Below, in pieces: positions 35,623 through 44,900 of a stretch of DNA of 45,437 bases. Under the pieces are notes generated by a model, which did no database searches, was not told the DNA's origin, and saw only the letters and a program-made list of their open reading frames with translations. Source of the stretch: Patescibacteria group bacterium (GTDB lineage Bacteria > Patescibacteriota > Minisyncoccia > Phycocordibacterales > Phycocordibacteraceae); contig JAIELV010000003.1 in NCBI GenBank assembly GCA_019752595.1, positions 1 to 45,437 on the forward strand, given 5' to 3'. Position 1 is the stretch's first letter. Each line of letters starts with the position of its first letter. Both the position numbers and the translations under genes were made by a program.

Positions 35623-36027
35623 CTATTGACCGAGGTTAAGCGTGGCAACCTCGACGATAATGTCTTTCTTTGGATCGTAGAGAAACGCTTTCTGCGCATT
35701 TGGATATAAAAGAACTTGGAAGCCTATCTCGGCTTTTGCAAAGAACGGTTGATCTTTTAATTGCGCAGGGTCAGTGACCGTTGCCAAAGTCGGAGTTTCT
35801 CCTTCAGGAAGTGCAATCAAACGACCAATTTTCTCTACGGCTTTTGCAGTTTCTTCCGCCGCCTGCACCTCGGGAGTTAGATTTTGTGAGTTCGTATACA
35901 CCAGATAGCCTGCAACGATAACTCCCACAACAAGAAGCGCGACACCGACTTTTACCAAAACGCCTTTCGATAGCTTTGGCTTTTCTGAGTTCGTCTCGTT
36001 TTTTATTTCGGCAAATTGTTCAGTCAT
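35623..36027 (-). CDS. Uncharacterised single-TM protein, paralog 1
   Basis: Shared motif LPEGETPT.A.V.D...LKDQ.FF..A..G..VL.Y....A.L..P....I.EVA. ATG at 36027 preferred. Confidence 0.85.
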   Translation of the reverse strand: MTEQFAEIKNETNSEKPKLSKGVLVKVGVALLVVGVIVAGYLVYTNSQNLTPEVQAAEETAKAVEKIGRLIALPEGETPTLATVTDPAQLKDQPFFAKAEIGFQVLLYPNAQKAFLYDPKKDIIVEVATLNLGQ

Positions 36028-36034
36028 ACGATTC

Positions 36035-36388
36035 TTATTCGGTCTCACCGAATGTTACGGGCGCAACTTCAAGAATTTTATTCGCTTTCGGGTCAAAAAG
36101 GTATGCCCGACCTGCTTGCGCATAAATAAGTACTTGATCCCCCACCTTTGCTTTTGCAAAGAACGCTTGGTCTTTGAGTGCATCTGTGTCTGTCACTTCT
36201 GCAACTGTTGGTGTTTCTCCTTCAGGAAGTGCGATTAATTTTGAAACCGCGGTCACCACAGAGGCTGACTGAGAACCTACGTCAGTATTTTGCGCTAAAG
36301 AATTACCTTGCTGACTTAAAAAAACTCCCGCGCCCCCAAACAGAACGACAGCAACAAGGAGCAATGGTCCCGCAATGTTTTTATTCAT
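36035..36388 (-). CDS. Uncharacterised single-TM protein, paralog 2
   Basis: LPEGETPTVAEVTDTDALKDQAFFAKAKVGDQVLIY. Confidence 0.85.
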   Translation of the reverse strand: MNKNIAGPLLLVAVVLFGGAGVFLSQQGNSLAQNTDVGSQSASVVTAVSKLIALPEGETPTVAEVTDTDALKDQAFFAKAKVGDQVLIYAQAGRAYLFDPKANKILEVAPVTFGETE

Positions 36389-36488
36389 ATTTTTTCCATT
36401 ATAACTCCCACTGTTGGGTCAGCAAGTGCTCATTGGCGTACCTGTCCCCTGGCTATTGAAATTAATGGCATACTAAACGCGGAGACGT

Positions 36489-37466
36489 ATGAATAAAAAG
36501 CTTATCGCGGGGGGTATTGGTCTTTTCGCTTTCGGGGCTTTGCTCGGCTTTTCGTTTTTTCCACTTTTTCTCATGCCAAAAACAGGATGTGTGTCGGAAT
36601 ACAAACATATCAACCCAGAACCAGATTGCGAAATCTACGACGAACGATCAGAAAAACTGGAAACACTCCAGGCAAACCTGGAATCGAAAGTTCGAGAACT
36701 AGAACTGCGCGCCGATATTGATCACGTTGCCGTCTTTACGCGCGACCTCACGTCGCGTCGGTTTGCCGCAGTCAACGACGATCGCGTGTTTGTACTTGCC
36801 TCACTTTTGAAAGTCCCTATTCTTATCGCCTACTACAAATTTGCCGAGGTAGAACCAGCAATACTTTCCGATGAAGTGGTGTACGCGGGCGGACAAAACG
36901 CATACGACATTCAGTCAGAGATACCACCCGAACAACAACTCATTGCAGGTCAGCGATACAGCATCGATGAACTTCTTTCACAAATGATTATCTATTCGGA
37001 TAACGCCGCTGCCGACATACTACTTCCCCGCATGACTGACACCTTCATGGTGAAAACGTTGTCATCCCTAGGAATACAAGTTGAAAAAAAACCTGGGGAA
37101 AAAGAAGCATTAGTCACGGCGCGTACATACGCAAACGTCTTTCGCGGTCTCTACAATGCCTCGTTTCTCTCACGCGAGTATTCCGAGAAAGCGCTCAGTG
37201 TTTTGACACAAACCACATTCCCCCGCGGCACACGTGGCGCATTACCGAGTGGTGTTGAGGTGGCCGAAAAATTTGGAGAACGGACAAATACGGACGCGCA
37301 AGGAAACGTGCTCTCACGTCAACTACACGACTGTGGCATTGTGTATGCAAACAACGGAAAAACACCGTACACGTTCTGCATTATGACTGAAGGAGCAGAG
37401 TACGGCGCACTCGAAGATGCCGTACAAACACTAGCAAAAGAAATCTACAAGACGTTAGGAGATTGA
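36489..37466 (+). CDS. Class A beta-lactamase-like serine hydrolase, paralog 1
   Basis: N-terminal TM; ASLLK (SxxK), SDN, KFG, HDCGIVY. Confidence 0.88.
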   Translation: MNKKLIAGGIGLFAFGALLGFSFFPLFLMPKTGCVSEYKHINPEPDCEIYDERSEKLETLQANLESKVRELELRADIDHVAVFTRDLTSRRFAAVNDDRVFVLASLLKVPILIAYYKFAEVEPAILSDEVVYAGGQNAYDIQSEIPPEQQLIAGQRYSIDELLSQMIIYSDNAAADILLPRMTDTFMVKTLSSLGIQVEKKPGEKEALVTARTYANVFRGLYNASFLSREYSEKALSVLTQTTFPRGTRGALPSGVEVAEKFGERTNTDAQGNVLSRQLHDCGIVYANNGKTPYTFCIMTEGAEYGALEDAVQTLAKEIYKTLGD

Positions 37467-37467
37467 A

Positions 37468-37854
37468 TTACGGAGCGCCAGTACCAAGATTGACTGGCGC
37501 AACTTCAACAATTTTATTCAATGAAGGGCTGTAGAGAATGGCCTTCTGTGAGGTCGCGTAAATGAGAACCTTATCTCCCGTCTTTGCGTTCGTAAAGAAT
37601 TTTTGGTCTTTCAATTTTTCAGGGTCGGCTACAGTAGCCAAGGTTGGTGTTTCCCCTTCAGGCAAGACCATTAACTTTCCTACTTTTGCGACCACGTCCT
37701 TTAGTTCATTTTCCGCCACCGCTTTGGAGTTTGGGCCGCCAAGCATGTAGTATCCGAGCCCGCCGCCAGTCAAAACAAGAAGCACCACTAGGGCAATAAT
37801 AATATTTCGTGTTGAAAAAAGGCTTTTTTTCACCATTGCTACTGTTTCGTTCAT
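37468..37854 (-). CDS. Uncharacterised single-TM protein, paralog 3
   Basis: LPEGETPTLATVADPEKLKDQKFFTNAKTGDKVLIY. ATG at 37854 preferred. Confidence 0.85.
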   Translation of the reverse strand: MNETVAMVKKSLFSTRNIIIALVVLLVLTGGGLGYYMLGGPNSKAVAENELKDVVAKVGKLMVLPEGETPTLATVADPEKLKDQKFFTNAKTGDKVLIYATSQKAILYSPSLNKIVEVAPVNLGTGAP

Positions 37855-37952
37855 ATTGTCTAATGATACCAGTAATGCTCTCGACGCCAAAGGGATATCA
37901 ACCTGAACACCGCATGCTGACGTAGAAAGAGCTACTATATAGACTGACTTCT

Positions 37953-38945
37953 ATGAAACTTCCAAAATCAACCATCTGGGGTATCGGTGGTATTGCGATA
38001 GGTATCGTATTAGGTTGTACGGCTACGGAAATTTTAGACAATACTGAACACTTACTTCAAGGCGAGGACGAACAGGTGCGACTGGGGGTTGGAAAGTTTA
38101 CCAACCCTCTTCTTGAGTGCGAGGTTGCGCAAGGAGCTATTAACTCTCCGAAGATAAACTTTGAGCCACAATTAAAACAGTTTTTACAATCGCTTGAATC
38201 AAAAGCGGGTATTGAAAGAATTGGCGTCTATTATCGCGACCTCAACAATGGCCCTACGTTAGGCATAAACCAAAACGAAGGTTTTGTTCCCGCCTCACTC
38301 TTGAAAGTGCCAATTATGATTGCACTCTTGAAAGCTGCAGACGACAAACCAGAAATTCTGAATCAGAAAATAACGTTCAATACTCCACAATCAACGGACT
38401 ACTTTAATCAGCAGATAGACCCTGAATCCATTCTCGAGTCTGGCACTAGCTACACCGTGCTTGAACTCATGAACAGAATGATTGTCTATTCTGACAATGA
38501 AGCGGCGGTACTGCTTGCGGGCGCGGTTGGTCTTGAAAACCAAGGCGAACTTTTTAGGCTCCTCGGTGTTGACCCAGGCTCCATTACTGACCCACGCGCA
38601 ACACTTACCGTACGCCAGTATGCTGCTTTTTTCCGTATACTTTTTAACGCCTCATTCGTCTCGCAAAAAAATTCAGAGCTTGGGCTTGAAATTTTGTCTC
38701 GAACAAAGTTTGACCAGGGTTTACGTAAAGGAATCCCCACGGATGTCTCTTCGGCACACAAATTCGGTGAGCGAAAGCTTGAAAACGGTATGCAACATTT
38801 CCACGATTGCGGCATCGTCTACTACCCAAAACACCCCTACCTCATCTGCGTCATGACGCAAGGTGAAGACCCTGCAATGCTCGAAAACGCAATCGCTGAA
38901 ATTTCACAATTCGTGTACAAACAAGTTGAAGCTCAGTACAAATAA
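37953..38945 (+). CDS. Class A beta-lactamase-like serine hydrolase, paralog 2
   Basis: N-terminal TM; PASLLK, SDN, HKFG, HDCGIVY. Confidence 0.88.
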   Translation: MKLPKSTIWGIGGIAIGIVLGCTATEILDNTEHLLQGEDEQVRLGVGKFTNPLLECEVAQGAINSPKINFEPQLKQFLQSLESKAGIERIGVYYRDLNNGPTLGINQNEGFVPASLLKVPIMIALLKAADDKPEILNQKITFNTPQSTDYFNQQIDPESILESGTSYTVLELMNRMIVYSDNEAAVLLAGAVGLENQGELFRLLGVDPGSITDPRATLTVRQYAAFFRILFNASFVSQKNSELGLEILSRTKFDQGLRKGIPTDVSSAHKFGERKLENGMQHFHDCGIVYYPKHPYLICVMTQGEDPAMLENAIAEISQFVYKQVEAQYK

Positions 38946-38970
38946 AAAATACTAGCTAAAGAAGCAGGCA

Positions 38971-41900
38971 CTAGGCTTGCTCGGGAGTTGGTTCTTCAAC
39001 AACCTCAACAGGTTGAGTATCTGAAGACGCTCCTGGAGAAACTTCTTCAGCGGGTGGACTCTCTTCAATCACTGCTTCTTCTTCGGGAATAGGCGCAATA
39101 TCGGGAGTTGTGGTGGACACATCTCCCCCGCCACTTGGTGTGGTGGTGCTGGTATCTTCAGGAATTAAATCAGGAAGAGTGATTATCGGCTCCGACTCAA
39201 CAGTGCGTGAGGTAAATTCTTTTGAATCCTTAACGGCGAGCGCTATCCAGGTAAAGGTCATATCTTCAGGCGCCGCTTTGCTGAGTCTGATTGTAAAGCC
39301 TGTTGTGTGACGCTTCGTTACCGCATAATTCACTCCTTCTGAGAGTATTGTTTCAATAATCGCATCATCAGTTGTGGTGCCGAAGGCAAGGGACGCGGAC
39401 ACAATCGGAGTTTCTACGTATTCCCTCCCAAACGTTACATCCACATCGCGCGCGCCTTTTTTCACGACCGCCGTACCGCCTGTATCCGACGTAAAGTATG
39501 GGGTGCCAAAGAAGAGCGCATCACCCATGACCGCAAGCGTGGTAGACGCATTTCCTGTTGTGCCGACTGAAAGTCCGCCTTCAAACGTTGCGGGGCCCGA
39601 AACCGCAAGCGCGCCAGTTGAAATACTTTTCGCTATCAAATCCCCTGCAAAGAATGCATTGCCCTCCGTATCAAACGACACCACAACTTCAATTTCAGGT
39701 TCAGGAAGAGTGACTACAGATGATTCAGTGGACGACGCGATCTCAGTAGTCGTTGAAGCAGAATCAAGTGCAAGAAGTGCAGCAGCTGCCTGCTCCGTAG
39801 ATGATGCAGAAGTTTCTGAAACCGCCGATGCCGCACGCTTACCACGAATGACCAGTGTTCCTCCTTCTATGCTCATTTCAAGCGAGCCGAGCGTCGTTCC
39901 TGAAATTTTGTTTGTCGTCAGCGCGTTTGCGCGTACGTTGTTTGCAATCAACTCTGGCGTAATCACTTCGACGACCGCGCTCAAAGAATCGGTAAATATT
40001 TCTGATACTGCGCCATACGGATTATCCGCACGTTGCGCTTTGAGTTGCGTCAGGAAGTCCAAAATCTCTGCTTCGCGTGTTTCAAACACCACCCCGCCCA
40101 CCTCGACATCAGTTTCAGGAATCGGAGTCCCTGCTTCAATAAGTGCGCTTTCTTCCTGAGCCTTCGCAATTTTCCACTCAAGAAGAGCGCTATCAACTGA
40201 TTGGCCGTTGAAATCCACGAGATTCACAAACATCATAATGGAACCGCACTTCGTATCTGCAAGCATGCCAAGCGCTTCTGCAGGACATGCCACCGCATCC
40301 ACCTCATTAAAGTCTTCAAGAGCTCTACCCAACACACGACCACTGACGGTCGCACGCATTGCATATCCTGCAATTGATGCTGATGTCAGAGGATCACCAG
40401 ATTTTATAGAACCGTTTTCAGTCGATATTTTTACTGGCACTCGCCCCACAAGCCCTATCGGGAACGAATCCTCTGTGTACGAGCCCGCCACAAAGCCTGG
40501 CTCTGTTGAAACAACACCGAGTATCGTGGGGTTGTACTGCCCACGCGAACGCAAGACGCCGAGCGGGTTCCCAGGATCATTCATCACCACTTCTCCAGGC
40601 TCTAATTTCTGGGTGGACGTATAATTTTCTGCAAGGTCGGCACCACCTGAGAAGAAGCCTCCGACCGCTGAGGAGTACACATTACCGTTTGCGGTGACGC
40701 GAAGCATTGATATTCCTTCGTTCTGCAAATCCAAAAGGTCTGAACCGCTACCGAGTTTGAACTCATATACTGTCGGCACGGGTACGTTCCTGTACGCATA
40801 TGCGCGCCCTGCTGCACCCATGACCCCTGACACCGAACCGTTAATTGCGCCGTTCAAAACGCCGTCAAATGTCGGGAAGTCACGACGGAAGTTGACTGTT
40901 ATCTGAGCCCACGTTTCACCGCCTGCGTTATTAATACTTGCCCCTGGTTTTCCAATAGTTCTAAAACTTGAAGTGGCGAGGTTTGCTTGGGATGTTGCGG
41001 TGCGGATCTCAAAAGAGACAAAGTTATCTGGGCCTTTCTTCCAATCAAGCGTGGTATTCGCTGGGAGCGCGGGAACCTGAATTTGCTCAGATAGGTATTG
41101 CCCGTCCGCATACCAACCTGCGTCATAGAACTGCGTACCAGTACTGCCTCCGCCGTTTATAATCACAAATTTTCCGTCCGGACGCTGAAACGCTGTTGCT
41201 CCGCCTGCAAGCGGTGCGGCAAATGTAGGTCCTGCCACAACTGACCCAGGAAGACCTCCCGCCACAGGTACACCTCCCCAAGGAAATACAATTGTCGATG
41301 GGATTGAAGAGCTTGCTTGCGGAACCACAAATGTGCCGTCAGGGCGCGGAATCATGATTCCGCCTCCGGCCCCAATCGCATTAGTGACTGCTGTGGCGAC
41401 ACCTGTTACACCGTTATCAGGGTTAATAATACTACTCAATGCTGAAGCGACACCGTTTGTGCCTCCCCCCGCTGCAAAGCTTCTCCAGTAACCGTCAGCT
41501 TGCTGAACAACGAACGAGCCGCACCCATGGGCTCCCGAAAGAACCGGGGCGGTAGCACTGAATATCTTTGCGCGAGGATCATAGTTCATGTTCGCCGTAG
41601 ACCCTGCAGCACCGACTGCGGCACCCTGGAACACTTTATACATTCCGTTTCTTAGTGGTATCGCCCAGGAACCGCAGTTTGCAGCAGATGTGAGGGTCGG
41701 TCCTGCTGGCAGGGTACCTGAAGTTTGGCGCACCGGGTCGTAGAGTGATGACGTGGTAAGAGCGTTACCGTGGACTATGGTCGCTGTACCATCACTGTTA
41801 GTTATTGCGAGTGCACCCAATCCTGCGTTGCCCGAAAGTGCAGGGCCAGCGGTAAATGTGTTTGTTTCTGGATCATAAATGTTTGTTGTTGCTGTGTTGT

Positions 41901-44900
41901 TGCCAAGTACAACCAAGTATCTGCCATCAGGGCGTTTGTATGCAAACCCACCAAGACCGTTTGCGGCGGTTGGGATGTTAGAGCCGGCCTGCGCACTAAA
42001 CTGTTGAGTATTTGGATCGTAGAGTGCCGCATTCGCGACCGGTGTTGGATTTGCCGCAATAATTACAAAGGTTTTATTTGGACGCGCAATAACGATCGTC
42101 GAAGTTCCTGCCGCCGTCGGAAGTACTGGATGGGCACCCGACGTCGTGCCGATATAGAATCCTGTCGTTCCCGCTTGTGTAGTCGGAGTAAGACGCCCGA
42201 ACGGAAGATACAATCGATCAGAAAGGGATTCAACGCGTGTCAACACTGGCCCCGAAGCTTCCGTCACGGGCGAAGTAGAAGCGGCGTTTGGAAATACGAA
42301 GTCAAAATTATTCCTTCTGACAAAAGATGAATTGTCTACATAGATGTCAAACAACGTAGGTCCCTGATAATCCAAGCGGGTGACCGTTGAATTATTTCCG
42401 CGGAATACGCCTCGGTCATCAATAATTTTCTCGGGGAACGGGCGTGTCATTTTTACCGTGACGCGAATACAGTTGTGTGTCGGATCGGGCTTTATCAAAT
42501 CTCCTGAAAATGCAACTTCTCTATCAACTGCACTGTTCAAAGGCGTGGTACAACCACTTGAATTGACTGCGGTCCTTACCAAGAACTGCAGTGTTGAAGT
42601 CGCATTTCTTCCTGGTGACTGTTGAGCCTGGCGGTCTGCAGTCCATCGCAAAATAGAACCCATGTTGAGTGCTGTTGTTGATATGTCGTCGGAGGTCCAC
42701 TGTGTGGCGGCGCCACTCATCGGAAGACCAGTGTCGAGATTGTTTGACGTGGTGCTACCGCCAACCAATATTTGCCATGTGCCGTCATGCCTCAGTATCG
42801 AATGTGCACCTGTAGTAACCGCAGTTAGGTTGGTACCGTGCGAAGTAAAGGTATCTGAGTTCGGATTGTAAATATATGAAGCCTGTGAAGTTCCACCGAC
42901 AATAACGAGGAACGTGCCATTCTGAAGCGGAATCGCATGTGCACCATCACCAAGCGCAACCCCTGGACCGTTTGAAGTTCTGCAAGTAAACGTATTCAAC
43001 ACGGGGTCGTAAATCGTTGAAGCGTTTATCTTTGAGAGCACAACGTACTTCCCGTCCGCACGACGAAGTGCAACAGAACCCGCACCGTTAATTTCGCAAC
43101 CAGTACCCATTGTTGGCCCTGCAACGAAGACACCTGTGTTTGCCGCACCGGCACCGACTGATGACTCACGGTACAACTGCGTGTTTCCCGTCGCACCACC
43201 AACCACAAGAAGATATGTAGAAGTTGCTGTCTTTAACATCAATGCGCCGGCACCTGTAGTACCTGTAGTCAAAGATGGACCTGTGGCAAACGTATCTGCA
43301 ACAGGGTTATATACCTGTGAAGTCGCCGCGCCTCCGTTCGTCATAATGTATTGTCCATTAGAACGCAGTGCTGCAACGGTCCCGGCGTTTGATGCGTTAA
43401 CTGCAGACCCCGCGTATGCGGCAAAGTTACCTTGCGGGTCAACAACGGTTGTTGTGGTCAGACCGCCTCCATGAACAATACGGTATTGACCTGAAGGGCG
43501 AGGGAGCGCAACGGCCCCTGCGCCAGCGGCGGCAGTTAACACCTGCGCGGAGTTTGTAAATGTTCCTGCAACGGAATCATATACATCCATACCCGTACCG
43601 CCACCGCGAATCACTAAGTACTTACCGTCGGCGCGCAGAATGGACATCGCACCCGCACCTATCGTGCCTGATGTTGCGGGCTGACCTGCTGTCGTTATTG
43701 TGCCTTTTTCGCTATTCGGTATGGTTCCTTCAGACATTTCCAACTGCCCGTTCGTATTATTTAATCCTGATCCAACCGTACCAAGAGCAAAATCCTCGCT
43801 CGTCGTGCGTGACACTGAATTGCTGTCAGTATTGATAGTAAGCCCGCCTGCGTTTGCAACCGTGAACCGATCTACACCCGATTGTTGCAGAGTAAGCAAG
43901 CCTCCCGAACCGCGCTGATCAAGAACCGCGAGCGGAAGCGCCGTTGTTGAAGATGCGGCAATCGTTACCCACGGCGTTGATGTGCCAATACCGAGACGAT
44001 TTGTGGAACTCAGCCACACCAAATCCGCATCGCCACCAAAACTGCCACCTGAATAGAATTGCACTGCGCCTTCAGGACCTGTTGGTGTACCGCCCGATCC
44101 GCCGTCGTCCGAACCGCAGATAACGTTGCCACTTGCGTCAGTCTGAAGAAGCTGTGCGCCCGATGAGCAGTTAAGTGCGGTGATTGCCAAATTTGTCGTT
44201 GTTGCATTGCCGAGCACTTTCAAATTTCCTGTCGTTGTTGCGCCACCGGAAATGGTAAGACCGCCTGCTTGTGTGCCGTCTCCTATAGTAGAAGAAGCCG
44301 TTGCAGAAATACCTTGGAAGGCTGAGAGAAGGCCGGACGGACCATCCACTGAAACGAAGCGTGTTGAGGCCGTTGAGGAGCCGACTTCAAACAAAGGATT
44401 CTGCTGACCAGAAGTACCCGCGATTGCAAGCTTGCCCCACGGGGTTGTAGTGCCGAGACCAAAGTTCCCTGTCGTACCGACCGTGAGTTCCGCAGTAGTT
44501 GATGTAGCAAAACCTCCTGGCGTCGCGAGACCTATGTAAAGGTTTCCGTTGATGCTTCTAAATGTCCAGTGGTTAGAGGTATTTGAGCCATCGGAAAGCG
44601 CGAGCTGAGGCCTAGTAGACGTTGCAAGTTGCACCAACCACCGTGGCGTCGTAGTACCAAAACCGGTAAATCCAAGCGATGTCATGCGGGCAACTTCATT
44701 CGCGCCGTTGTTACCTAAACCAAAGATAATTGAATCAGCTCCTATGCCTGTGCCTGACGTTGAACGAAGCGTGAGGTTAGAACCTGCAGCAGTGCCACCA
44801 ATAAGAAGAGGTACTGTGAGCGAGGTTCCAAGTGTTGGTGACGCGGAGAACGTTGGTGCTGCGTTGTTGCCCACCAAGAGCGTGTTTGCTGTCGTGTTTG

